Source: Myxococcota bacterium | GTDB taxonomy: Bacteria; Myxococcota_A; Polyangia; Nannocystales; Nannocystaceae | Direction: 5' to 3' | Length of the DNA stretch: 64,000 nt | Assembly: GCA_039028615.1 (NCBI GenBank) | Contig: JBCCHT010000033.1 | Location: forward strand, 64,001 to 128,000 | In this document: piece by piece, positions 39,217-49,300 of the stretch | How the letters are laid out: every line of letters begins with the position of its first letter | How positions within the stretch are numbered: position 1 is the stretch's first letter | The notes under the pieces: generated by a model | What the model was told of the DNA's origin: nothing | The model's database searches: none | Seen by the model: only the letters and a program-made list of their open reading frames with translations | Translations under genes and position numbers: made by a program

Positions 39217-39627
39217 CTAGACGGAGAACGACGAGCCGCAGCCGCAGCTGCCGGTCGTGTTCGGGTTGTTGAACTTGAAGCCCGCGCCCTGGAGCCCCTC
39301 GACGTAGTCGACGGAGGTGCCCATCAGGTACATGAAGCTCATCTGGTCGCTGAGCAGCTTCACGCCGCAGCTTTCGAACACGTAGTCGCCATCGGCGTAC
39401 TCGTCGAAGTACAGGTCGTACTGGAAGCCGGAGCAGCCGCCGCCCATGACCTTGACGCGCAAGGCGTAGTGCGGCTCGATGGTCTCGGCGTCGCGGATCT
39501 CTCGAACCTTCTCGGCTGCGCCTTCGGTGAGCGACAGAGCACCCGCCATGGCGGGGTCGGTGATCGCCTCCGGGGTTGCCTTCGGTTGGGTCTCGGGCGA
39601 AGTTTGGGTCGCGGTCTCGGTGGACAT
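39217..39627 (-). CDS. erpA: A-type iron-sulfur cluster carrier (ErpA/IscA, HesB family)
   Basis: GGGCSGFQY, GAGFKFNNPN, CGCGSSF. Confidence 0.9.
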   Translation of the reverse strand: MSTETATQTSPETQPKATPEAITDPAMAGALSLTEGAAEKVREIRDAETIEPHYALRVKVMGGGCSGFQYDLYFDEYADGDYVFESCGVKLLSDQMSFMYLMGTSVDYVEGLQGAGFKFNNPNTTGSCGCGSSFSV

Positions 39628-39786
39628 GAGCGTGCCGTCTCCGGGCGCCGCGCTTTGCGCGCCCAAAAGCTAACGTTAGGTAAGATGCGTCCCGGCTGGC
39701 CTCGGGTCAAGCCATTGACTCGTTTTCGGGCTCACAGCAATGGCACGAGGTATCGGCGCTCATCGCATCCTCCACCCATCCGCGGT

Positions 39787-39816
39787 TTGACACGCGCGGT
39801 AGCGGGCGCCTACCGT
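39787..39816 (+). promoter_or_regulatory. Sigma70-type promoter
   Basis: TTGACA-N18-TACCGT, 8 nt before ATG 39825. Confidence 0.6.
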
Positions 39817-39824
39817 GGGCGCAA

Positions 39825-41369
39825 ATGGCGGCTAGCGTCCTGAAATCGTGGAGTTTTGGCACAGCGTTGGGCCTCGCCATCGCGTTCGCAGGGGTCGGCT
39901 GTGACGGCCGCTCGGAGGCGATGAACCGTCAGGTCGAAGGCCTCAAGAAGCCCAAGGAAAAAGTCGAGCTGCCGGAGGAGCTGCCGCCGCACCCGCTTCG
40001 CGACAAGTTGATGCCGGTCTTGTCGAAGATCTACCCGCTCAACAAGCCGCCTGCGGTGGTCGACGCGGAGATCGCCCCGGCGGGTAAGTACAAGTACGAG
40101 CTGACCCCGGGTGTCATGTCCGTCGTGCGCGTGTCGGCCGGCTCGTCGCAAGGCGAGAAGATCAAGGCCATCGTGCAGGGCACGGCCGAGGCCGACGCGT
40201 GGGCCTACCGCAAGAATGCGCGCCGCGAGTACGCCGACCTCATCAACCGGGTGAAGAACAGCTTCGGCAAGCCGCAGCGCGACGCCATCCTCAAGGCCTA
40301 CGCCGAGCTTCGCCTGCTGCAGTACTTCAACGGCCCCGACGCCGAGGCCGAGGTCGCCTCGCTGCCCGCCGACGTCAAGGGTCCCGTCGAGGAGATGCGC
40401 AAGTACTACGTGGCCAACAAGGAGGCCGTGTGGGGCGAGTGGATGGCGGTCAAGATGTACGCCCGCCGCGGCGTCGCGGGTGAGGAGCCCTTCCTCAGCG
40501 TGCTGCGCGAGATCAAAAAGGAGCTCGGCCAAGAGGAGCCGCCGCCGCGCACCTGGGAGGACTCGATGAAGACGCCCCAGCTGCTCGCGTGGGCGGGGCA
40601 GATCCGCAAGGACGAGAAGCTCATGGAGATGGTCACCCATCTCCCCGACCTCCGCGATCGCGAGGCCTACCTCAGCGACACCCACTCGATCTGGGCCATC
40701 GAGGGCTCGTCCGACATCCCCAAGAAGGCCAAGAAGCTCCGCCCCGACAAGGACATGGGCTTCGGGGTGTTCCGCGAGGATCTGGGCGGCGGCTACAACG
40801 ACCTGACCTTCGTGTTCTCGAAGAAGCTGTCGGGCACCGACCTGCGCAAGGCCTTCGTCCGCTCGCTGCTGTACGGGCACATGCTGGTCGACTTCCAGCT
40901 GCTGGCCACCTCGGGCTCCGACTTCGCCAAGCGCACCGCCGACAACGTCATCGACGCGACCACGGCGATCGTGCCCGACGAGTACGACCCGCTCTACGCC
41001 CGCTGCGGCTCGGGTGCGGCCATCGACACCTTCATCAACCACTACGGCGACGACTTCGAGATCCTCCAGGGTCTGTCCTCGCAGTCCAACCCGGAGAAGA
41101 TCCTCGACGCCGCGCACCAGTGCGTGATCGAGGGCGCCCGCGGTGACATCCACATCCCGGCCAAGGACGACGACAAGGACGTCGAGGGTCCCGCCCCCGG
41201 CAGCCGGCTCGCGCTGTACCAGATGCTCGCGCGCTTCGAGAACATGGAAGCCGACCTCGCGGCCATGGGCCAGGACAAGCGCACCGCCGAGGACGACGTC
41301 ATCGACGAGGGCGAGGCGATCCTCCAGCGCATCAAGGCCAAGGAGAACGCGGGCAAGGGCATCAAGTAG
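39825..41369 (+). CDS. Hypothetical lipoprotein, Lys/Glu-rich and helical
   Basis: Lipobox GVGC; strong GC3 codon bias; own promoter and terminator. Confidence 0.7.
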   Translation: MAASVLKSWSFGTALGLAIAFAGVGCDGRSEAMNRQVEGLKKPKEKVELPEELPPHPLRDKLMPVLSKIYPLNKPPAVVDAEIAPAGKYKYELTPGVMSVVRVSAGSSQGEKIKAIVQGTAEADAWAYRKNARREYADLINRVKNSFGKPQRDAILKAYAELRLLQYFNGPDAEAEVASLPADVKGPVEEMRKYYVANKEAVWGEWMAVKMYARRGVAGEEPFLSVLREIKKELGQEEPPPRTWEDSMKTPQLLAWAGQIRKDEKLMEMVTHLPDLRDREAYLSDTHSIWAIEGSSDIPKKAKKLRPDKDMGFGVFREDLGGGYNDLTFVFSKKLSGTDLRKAFVRSLLYGHMLVDFQLLATSGSDFAKRTADNVIDATTAIVPDEYDPLYARCGSGAAIDTFINHYGDDFEILQGLSSQSNPEKILDAAHQCVIEGARGDIHIPAKDDDKDVEGPAPGSRLALYQMLARFENMEADLAAMGQDKRTAEDDVIDEGEAILQRIKAKENAGKGIK

Positions 41370-41413
41370 CGCCGCATCGACGGCGACGGTCCCCGCGTGC
41401 ATGCGGGGTCGAG

Positions 41414-41447
41414 CGAAGGGGGCACGATCGACGATCGGCCCCCTTCG
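41414..41447 (+). terminator. Hairpin terminator
   Basis: CGAAGGGGGC/GCCCCCTTCG stem followed by a T-containing tail. Confidence 0.55.
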
Positions 41448-41547
41448 TCGTTGGTTGGCCTCAAATGACCCTATCGATGTCTCGCAATGTCAATGACCGA
41501 CGACGAGCGCACGTCGTAGATTGGACTTCGACTTCGGGAGTCTGCTG

Positions 41548-43776
41548 ATGAAGATCCGTATCGCCGTATTCGCCTCCGTACTCGCCCCGCTGGCCTGCTC
41601 ACGCACCCCCCCGGAGAAGAACAACGACGAACGCGTCACCCCGAAGCAAGGCAAGGCCACCCCCATGGCCGAGACCGCCGAGCAACCGCTGCCTGCGCCC
41701 GACAAAGCCGCACTGCTGAAGTATCTCGAGCACGCGGACTACACCGAGTGGAACACCTTCCCCGTGGAGGACCCTCCCCCGATCCGCCTCGGCCTGCCCG
41801 TGCACGGGCGATGGGTCACGACCTACGCCAACCCTACCGCCTACCGAGCGCTGATCAAGGCGACGCAGCCGGACGAGCTCGACGAGCGCGTGAAGATGCC
41901 GCGCGGCTCCATCATCGTCAAAGAGAACCGCTTCAAGGCCCCCGACGGCCCGCCCGGCGTGCTGACGGTGATGTACAAGCCGATGGACCCCGAGTACTGC
42001 CAGTCGGGCGATCGGTTCAATGGTCGGGACTGCTTCGGCGGCGACTGGATGTACGTGTTCCACGAGTTGCCCGGCACCCCGCTCGACAAGGGTCACCCCG
42101 ATCTCGACGACGACGTGAACCCGCGGCCCTTCTGCATGGACTGCCACGCCGCGGGGGCGGCCGACGACTATGTGCGGAGCTTGCAGCGGCGGCGCCGAGC
42201 GCTGCAGCCCAGCCTCCGCGAGGCGCTGGCCGGCACCCGCCCCGCTCCGCCGGTCGACGATCCCTTCTGCGAGGCCATCACCCTGAAGCCCGACCTGCCC
42301 GCCGACGTGGCCATCGACCCGCGCACCATCTTCGCCGAGGAGAAGGACACCGGCATCGCCAAGACCAAGGCGCAGCGGCTCTTCGATTGCGTCTCGTGGA
42401 AGACCTTCGTCGCGCTCAACTGGCCCCGCGATCCCGACGCCCGGGGCGAGCCGGATCCCAAGGCCGCGGCGATCTGGAGCGCGGCCGACGAAGGCCCCGA
42501 GGGCGCGCGGACCCGCGTCTGGGAGACCTACAAGGAGGTCTACGAGGTATTCCAGAGCGGCTCCGACCGAGCGGGCTGGAACCCCTCGGCCCCGGCGCAG
42601 CCCTGGGATCGCAGCCAGCCCGATCCGGTGGGGGTGGGCTGCGACCAGGTGGGCGGGGACAAGCTCATCAGCATGATCACCAAGAACCGGGTCGCCGAGG
42701 TCGAGAACGAGATCGGCCAGGCCTTCGCCGGCCAGTTCGGCACCTTGGTCGATCGCAACGGCCGGCTCGTCCGCTACGACGTCCGCTTCAACCGATCGGA
42801 GTTCGAGTTCATCATCGACAACCAATACGCGACGACCAAGACCCTCACCCCCTCCGGGCCGATGTCCGTCCTGCCCACCGCGATGGCCTTGCCCGACAAC
42901 CGCTCCGAGAAGTACGGCGAGTGGGGCGGCGCGATCGAGGTCAAGGGCGCGTGGCGAGAGCTGGTGCCGCAGGCGGAGTGCAACAAACCCGAGTGCGAGT
43001 TCCCGGACGACCCCGAGGACTACTTTCACCAGCAGGTGTGGATCTTCGAGCCCGCGTCCGAGGGCAAGCCCGCCAAGTGTCGACAGACCACGATGGGCCT
43101 GGTGGGCCTGCACGTCGCTCACAAGACCCACTGGGCACCGCAGTGGATCTGGTCGACCTTCGAGCACGTCGACAACGTGCCCGGCAACGAAGGCGGGCCG
43201 CTCGACCCCTCCTCCTGGAAGGAGAACAAGGCGTTCTACAGCGCTCAGTGCCCCGACGAGGTCGCCGGGCTGAAGCCCGACTGCGCGCACCGACCCTTCC
43301 TGGGTGCTGCTCCGTGCTGCGCCAACGCGCCCTACGATCGCTTGCAGTACCCCGACCAGACCCGCAACCAGGTCACCCGGCTGTCCCCCATCGGCAGCGG
43401 CGCGCAACAGCTCAACGCAGCCTTCGCCGAGAAACTCGCGGGCACGCCCTTCGCCAACTACGTGCTCGTCGACACCCAGTGGCCGAAATTCGGGCGAACC
43501 GCCGACGGCACCCAGATGTATACGAAGCCCTGCAACTCCGATCCGCTCGTCGAGCCGCAGTCAGGCGAGTGCTTCGACATCGTGCCGCAAACGCTCCGCA
43601 ACACCTCGATGGAATCCTATATGGCGACCTACGTCGGTGAGGCCATTGGTGGAGGCACGGGCGACATCCACCAGATCAGCAACCGCGGCTGCATGAACTG
43701 CCACGGCGAGGCCGGAGCCGACTTCAGCTACCTGTGGCTCGACGGCTCCAACCAGCGGGTGCCCAGCGTGGAGTGA
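41548..43776 (+). CDS. Lipoprotein: cytochrome P460-like domain fused to a second c-type cytochrome domain
   Basis: MPRGSIIVKEN, LTVMYK, DWMY, CMDCH; C-terminal WIWSTFEHVDN...CMNCH; lipobox PLAC. Confidence 0.75.
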   Translation: MKIRIAVFASVLAPLACSRTPPEKNNDERVTPKQGKATPMAETAEQPLPAPDKAALLKYLEHADYTEWNTFPVEDPPPIRLGLPVHGRWVTTYANPTAYRALIKATQPDELDERVKMPRGSIIVKENRFKAPDGPPGVLTVMYKPMDPEYCQSGDRFNGRDCFGGDWMYVFHELPGTPLDKGHPDLDDDVNPRPFCMDCHAAGAADDYVRSLQRRRRALQPSLREALAGTRPAPPVDDPFCEAITLKPDLPADVAIDPRTIFAEEKDTGIAKTKAQRLFDCVSWKTFVALNWPRDPDARGEPDPKAAAIWSAADEGPEGARTRVWETYKEVYEVFQSGSDRAGWNPSAPAQPWDRSQPDPVGVGCDQVGGDKLISMITKNRVAEVENEIGQAFAGQFGTLVDRNGRLVRYDVRFNRSEFEFIIDNQYATTKTLTPSGPMSVLPTAMALPDNRSEKYGEWGGAIEVKGAWRELVPQAECNKPECEFPDDPEDYFHQQVWIFEPASEGKPAKCRQTTMGLVGLHVAHKTHWAPQWIWSTFEHVDNVPGNEGGPLDPSSWKENKAFYSAQCPDEVAGLKPDCAHRPFLGAAPCCANAPYDRLQYPDQTRNQVTRLSPIGSGAQQLNAAFAEKLAGTPFANYVLVDTQWPKFGRTADGTQMYTKPCNSDPLVEPQSGECFDIVPQTLRNTSMESYMATYVGEAIGGGTGDIHQISNRGCMNCHGEAGADFSYLWLDGSNQRVPSVE

Positions 43777-43786
43777 GGGCCACGCT

Positions 43787-45697
43787 TCAGCGGCCGTTGT
43801 AGCGCAGGCGTCCCCAGCCCAGGGCCCAGCCCACCGTGCCGTCGTCGCTCATGACCACCTCGTCGAGCTCGCGCCGCGTCTGTGCGCTGGCCGCCTCGTC
43901 GATGCGCCACTGCCCCTGCTCGAGGGTCAGCACCGTGCCCTCGTCGCCGACCATGAGGCCTCGCTGCCCCTCGGCGTCGATCCAGATGTCTTGCCAGGTC
44001 TCGTCGCTGAGCGCACTGGCGGCTTCGTCCTTTGTCCACACGCCGTCGCTCATGTTCACCACGAAGCCCTCGTAGCCCGCGACCCAACCGGATTGCCCGT
44101 CGTCGGCGATGTGCAACGCGTAAAAACCGGTATCGAAGTACTCGGGTCGGGGGCGCCACTGCTCCCCGTCGAGCTCGAGGATGCGACCGTTGCCGGTCAC
44201 CGCGTAGCCGTGCTCCTCGGTCGCGTCGAACCGGACCTCCTGGACGGAATATCGATCGAAGTCTTCGTGTGGCACTGGGACCCACTGTCCGTCCACGAAT
44301 CGCGAGGGGCCGTCCGACGTGAACAACCAGCCCGTGCTTCCGTCGGCGCTCATCCACAGGCTCTGGGCGCTCGGTGGCCACTCCTCGTCCGGGCGCGGCA
44401 GGGCCTCCCAACGGCCGTCTCGTAGCTGCGCTCCCGCCCCCATCGTGCCGAAGGCCCAGCCCTGCGAGCCGTCGTCGGAGACCCAGCCGCAGTTCAGGTA
44501 GTTGCTGTCATCGGCGAACTTTGGCTGGTGCTCGTCGAGACGCCAGCGGCCGTCTCGAAGCGCCAGCACCCCGCCCGTGGAGAAGGCCCAGCCCTTCGTT
44601 CCATCGGGACTGAGCCAGGCATCGAGCACGTGATCGGCATTGGCCGCGCCCCAGTCGTCGCGACGCCCGAACGCGCCGTCCTTGCGCTCGAAGATCTCGC
44701 CGTTGCCCACGAGCAGCACATCCTCGCCGTCGGGGCTCACCCACGGCATGAACAACAGCTGGCTCGAAAGAGCGCTGGCGACTTCGTCCACCGCCCATGT
44801 CTGGCCATCGAAGCGAAGCACCTGGCCACGATTGCCCGTGGCCCAGCCGGCCTGGCCGTCGTCGCGCAGCTGCAGCGCACCCATGGACTCACCGATGCGG
44901 CCCCGGTGCTCGGGGTCGATCGCCCAGTGCCCGTCGCGAAGCCGCAAGACCTCGATGAAGCCGTCCTCATCGCGATGGATGGTCATCGCCCAGCCCGTCG
45001 AGCCGTCCGCGCTCACGTCCATGGCCGCGATATGCCCAGTGGTCTGCCCCTTGGACGCCTCGTCGACCACCCATTGCCCCTTCTCCAGGCGCAGCAGCGT
45101 GCCGTTCAGGCCCGCCGCCCAGCCCTGCGTGCCGTCGTCCGAGACCCACAGCGACCACATCTCCGCCGGAACGCCGCCGTGGTAGCGCCAGGTGCCCGCC
45201 TCGAGGCGAAGGACGACGCCGAAGATCATCTTGCCTCCGACCGCCCAGCCCTGCGTGCCGTCGGCCGAGACCCAGAGGGCCGAGATGGGCACGTGCTCCA
45301 CCAGGTCGTAGCCGGCGACCGGCGCGGGCGTCCACTGGCCATCGACCAGGTGCATGACCTGATCGCTCGCCCCCAAGGCCCAGCCCTCGGCTCCGTCGTC
45401 TCGCACCCACAGCACGGACACCCCCTTCGAGGCCTCCGCGTTCGCTTCGGCGCCGACGCGCCACGTCCCGCCCTCGTAGCGCAGGATGTTGCGGCCGCTC
45501 GTCGCCCAGCCCGTTCGCTGCTCCGCGTCGAACCATGCCTGGCCAATGCCGCCGTCGATGAGGTTGGGTCGATGCCATCCGGTGGGGATCTCGGCCTCCG
45601 CCGTCCCGGGTGCGTCGGGCCCAGAGCTGACCGTCTTGGGGCCACAGCTCAGCAACGACACCGCAAAGCTCAGCGCGACGAGGCGGACGATCGACAT
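43787..45697 (-). CDS. Beta-propeller repeat lipoprotein (BNR/YVTN-like)
   Basis: More than ten repeats of WVS.DG..GWA.G..G..L......W; lipobox LLSC. Confidence 0.8.
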   Translation of the reverse strand: MSIVRLVALSFAVSLLSCGPKTVSSGPDAPGTAEAEIPTGWHRPNLIDGGIGQAWFDAEQRTGWATSGRNILRYEGGTWRVGAEANAEASKGVSVLWVRDDGAEGWALGASDQVMHLVDGQWTPAPVAGYDLVEHVPISALWVSADGTQGWAVGGKMIFGVVLRLEAGTWRYHGGVPAEMWSLWVSDDGTQGWAAGLNGTLLRLEKGQWVVDEASKGQTTGHIAAMDVSADGSTGWAMTIHRDEDGFIEVLRLRDGHWAIDPEHRGRIGESMGALQLRDDGQAGWATGNRGQVLRFDGQTWAVDEVASALSSQLLFMPWVSPDGEDVLLVGNGEIFERKDGAFGRRDDWGAANADHVLDAWLSPDGTKGWAFSTGGVLALRDGRWRLDEHQPKFADDSNYLNCGWVSDDGSQGWAFGTMGAGAQLRDGRWEALPRPDEEWPPSAQSLWMSADGSTGWLFTSDGPSRFVDGQWVPVPHEDFDRYSVQEVRFDATEEHGYAVTGNGRILELDGEQWRPRPEYFDTGFYALHIADDGQSGWVAGYEGFVVNMSDGVWTKDEAASALSDETWQDIWIDAEGQRGLMVGDEGTVLTLEQGQWRIDEAASAQTRRELDEVVMSDDGTVGWALGWGRLRYNGR

Positions 45698-45740
45698 GGG
45701 CCGACCATAGCCCAAGGGCTCGGCTGGGACGATGTACCGC

Positions 45741-46280
45741 TCACTCCGGGCAGATGCGCTGCACCGCTTCCTGGGCGGCCTCGCACGCGGGGACCAAGGT
45801 CCCGAGCGCCTTCGGGTTGGACGCCACGGTCCGATACGCCTCGATCGACTCCCGCAACGTCCGCTCGGCCAACGCTCGGGCCTCCGGGTCCATCTTCGCG
45901 ATGCACCCCTCGTAGAGCTTCACGTAGGCATCACACGCGGGCACACCGATGACGGGTTCCTCCTCCTCCCGCTCGACCGGCCGTTCCCGGGCCTCGGGCT
46001 CGCTCGGGCCCGGCCGCTGGGCGAGCGCCCGCCGCAGCTCGGCGACTTGCCGCGCGAGGTCGTCGTGGTCGGCTTCGAGTCGGGTCAGGCGCTCGTCCCG
46101 GGTCTTGCCGCGACCCACCAGCTCGTCGATCCGCTCCCGAGCCTCCCGCAGCTTCGCGTTCGCGTCATCGTCCTGCGCGCCGACCCGCGCCCGGAGGGCC
46201 TCGACCTGGCTCCGCGCCTCCGAGTCCTGGCACGCCGGGACGACCACGAGCATCACCACGCCGAGGAACACCGAGCGCAT
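45741..46280 (-). CDS. Coiled-coil lipoprotein with C-terminal Cys-helical domain
   Basis: Lipobox VPAC; heptad region; IGVPACDAYVKLYEGC. Confidence 0.65.
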   Translation of the reverse strand: MRSVFLGVVMLVVVPACQDSEARSQVEALRARVGAQDDDANAKLREARERIDELVGRGKTRDERLTRLEADHDDLARQVAELRRALAQRPGPSEPEARERPVEREEEEPVIGVPACDAYVKLYEGCIAKMDPEARALAERTLRESIEAYRTVASNPKALGTLVPACEAAQEAVQRICPE

Positions 46281-46322
46281 GGCTCACCATACGACCCGAC
46301 GCCGCGCCGACGCCATCGGGGC

Positions 46323-49300
46323 TCACTCGGAGGACAGCTCGGCCTCGAGGGCCTTCAAGCGACGAGCGGCCTCCTCGTGGAGGTGGCCGAAGCCGTGGGC
46401 CTCGAGCGCGAGCCGAAGCAACCGCATCGCCTGTCGCTTGCGACGAAGGGTCTCCATGGCGATCGCGGCCGCGAGCAAGCGGTAGTTCTCGGTCTCGTCG
46501 CTCCAGCTCCGTACCCCGCGGGCCCGGGTACGCCGTAGCAAGCGCAACGCGTCGGTCGGGGCGCAGCGCGCCACGAACTCCACGCTGTCGTAGTCCACGT
46601 AGCCGTACAGACGATGGGTCCGCCCCAGCGACTCGACCAGGGGGCGGACGAAGAACGAGCGCACCCGCGGGGTGGCCCCCGCTTCGATGAGCAAGCGGCT
46701 CGCCTGGAGGCACGTGGGCGCAGGGAGCCGCTCGGGATGGCGAAGCAGCGGCAGCAGGGACACGACCAGCTCGGGTCGCTCGGTGAGCTCGGGCAAGGCC
46801 AGCAGCTTCGGTCCGAGTCCCTCGTCGACGTGGGTGCGCCCGAAGGTCTCCATGAGCAGAGCAGACAAGCGGTTGGGTCGTACGGACGCCAGCGCGGCCC
46901 GAAACGCGGACTCGTCTTCCAGCTCGGCGTAGCGCCCGGTGATGTCGACGGGGCCGTCGTCGTACCAGTCTTCGGCCACGAGCTTCGGGATGGACCCGTG
47001 GGACACCAGCGGAGCCCCCATCGCCTCCGCGAGCCGGCGGACGAAGGCGTCGGAGTGCTCATCGAAATCCGAGTCGGCATCGTGGGCGTAGGGGTAAAAG
47101 GGCAGCAGCGCTCCTTGCTGCGTCAGGCAGACCAGCCGCCGACCTTGGACCCGACCCCGCTCGTCCCGGGCGTAGATCACCCGCTTGTTGATGTCGGCCG
47201 CGTTGGCGAAGACGGAGAAGAAGTTGCACTCGCCCGGGCTGAGGCAGGTGCCGAAGTGGCGCCCCATGTGAAAGACCTCGAGCGGGTCGTCCTCGAGGCT
47301 CAGGCGCAGCGATGCCTTCCGGCCGCCCACCACCACCTCGCCGATCCCGTCGAGCCACGGGCCGGGGTCGATGGGCGATTGCCGCAGCGTCTCGATGAAC
47401 CCCGCGTTGGCGGGGTGATCGCGAAGGTCCCAGGGTTCATCGCTCGCCCGACGCACGAGGAGCATCTCGAACAGCCGCCGGGTCTGCTTGGACTCCGAAG
47501 CCAGCGGCCCGAGCAGCCCGATGAGGCGGTCTTCGAGCAGCCACGGGGTCGCGGAATCGAGGCCGTAGTGCTCGGCCAACGCCGGGCGGAGGCGAGCCAC
47601 CGCAGCCTCCTCCAGGCCTGCGACCAGGGCCAAGCCGCTTCGCCGCTTCAGCTTGCCGCGCAGGGTGTCTCGCTTGACCTCCGAAAGCGCCGTGGCCGGC
47701 CCCTCGCGGCTCGCCAATCGCTGCTTCAGGGTCGCGCGACGCTTGCGGAGGGCGGCGGCTCGCTCGGCCGAAGCCTCGGACACCATCCGCTCCACGGCTC
47801 GTAGCTCGGCTTCGATGGACGCATCGCCCCGATGCACCGAGCGCAGCACCTTGGCCGCGATGGCCCGGGCCCGCGGCGTGAACCGGGTCAGGCGCTCGAG
47901 CTCGCCGCGCAGTTCTTCGGGGTATTCGGCGATCCAGTCGCTCTCCTCGGGCTCGCGCGTGATCGAGCCCGACGGCAGCGGCGCCCCCAAAAACTCGAGG
48001 GCCGCGAGCTTGCGGCCGCAGGACACCAGCGCACCGATGTCCTCCTCGAGCGTCAGCGCCCGCAGCAGCGTACGCTCCTCGTCGGTCACGCGGTCGAGGA
48101 CCTGGCGAAGCGCCTTGGCGATCAGCTCCGCGGAGTCCTCCCGGCGATTGAAGAAGTCGAAGACCCGGGCGAACACGTCCACATCGGGCTCGGCCACCAT
48201 CCACGCGGCACGCAGCTCATCGGCGTTGCACCACTGCTCGTGCCGATCGACCGTCGACAGCCCCACGAGCAAGCGGGCCGCGAGCTCGCCGTCGTGAAAG
48301 GCCCCCACCACCGCACACAAGGTCTCGGCGCTCTCGGTCAGGTCGATCTCGGGCGCATGCCGTCGTAGCCAGGCCAAGCCGGTGAAAAAACGCGGGATGT
48401 CGCGGGCCTCGAAGTCCTCCTCGAGCAGGTCCTCCAACAAGCCGTAGAACCCGGAGCCCTTGGTCGCCGCCCGAATCGTGTCCTCGCGCCAGGGTGCGAA
48501 GGCATCGTCGTCCGCGGAGGCCGTGGCCAGGTCGGCCGCCAGCGCGCGCAGCAAGACGGGGGCTCGGCTCGCCTCCCACCCGGGATCGTCGTGGCGAAGG
48601 CGCTCGAAGTGGATCAGCAACCCCGCGCGCGCGGCCACCCCGGGCGACTCCCCGACGTGGCGAAGCGCCTTCGAGGCCGCCGCGTGGTAGCCGGAGGGCT
48701 CGTCTGCGCTGGCGCCCTGGAGTGCAGCGGTCAGGCCCTCGAGGTCGAGCTCGTCGGGTGCTCGCTCGACGATGGCCTGGCGCTCTCTTCGGAGACGCTC
48801 GATGCGGTCGCTCTTGCCCTTCGACGGTTCCTCGTGCGCCTGGATGTGGTGAGCCTTGTGGGTCACTCGCGTCAGCGCGGGCCACCAGGCGTCCCACTCC
48901 CCGATCAGCGCCGACAGATCGCAATGCTCGAGCAGCCGAAGAAAACGCTTGGCGCGCGCGGTGTCGACCTGCAGCAGCCAATCGACCCAATCCTCGATCT
49001 GCGGGACCAGGCGCAGCTTCGCCGGCTCCGGCAGCGTTCCTCCTCGCTGAAAGATCGCGGCGCTCTGCTCGACGAAGGGCCGGCCGCCCTTGATCGCGGT
49101 GCGGTAGGTCGCCGGGTCGGCCAGCAAGCGCATCAACGGCTCGACCGCCTTGGGTCGCGCCGCCATCGCGAGATGAGCACAGCGAATGCTCAGCCGGACT
49201 GCCTCGTCGTGACTGCGCTGCTCGTGCACCACCGTCAGCGCGTCGGCTCGCCGTAGGACCCAGGCCAGGTACTTCGGCGCCAACGAGGCCCGGGTGGCCA

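Noticed and set aside
43787..45697. Recurring gcccagcc DNA motif suggesting a CRISPR-like array
   Set aside because: It is the coding repeat (GWA) of beta-propeller blades, with no fixed-length repeat or cas genes
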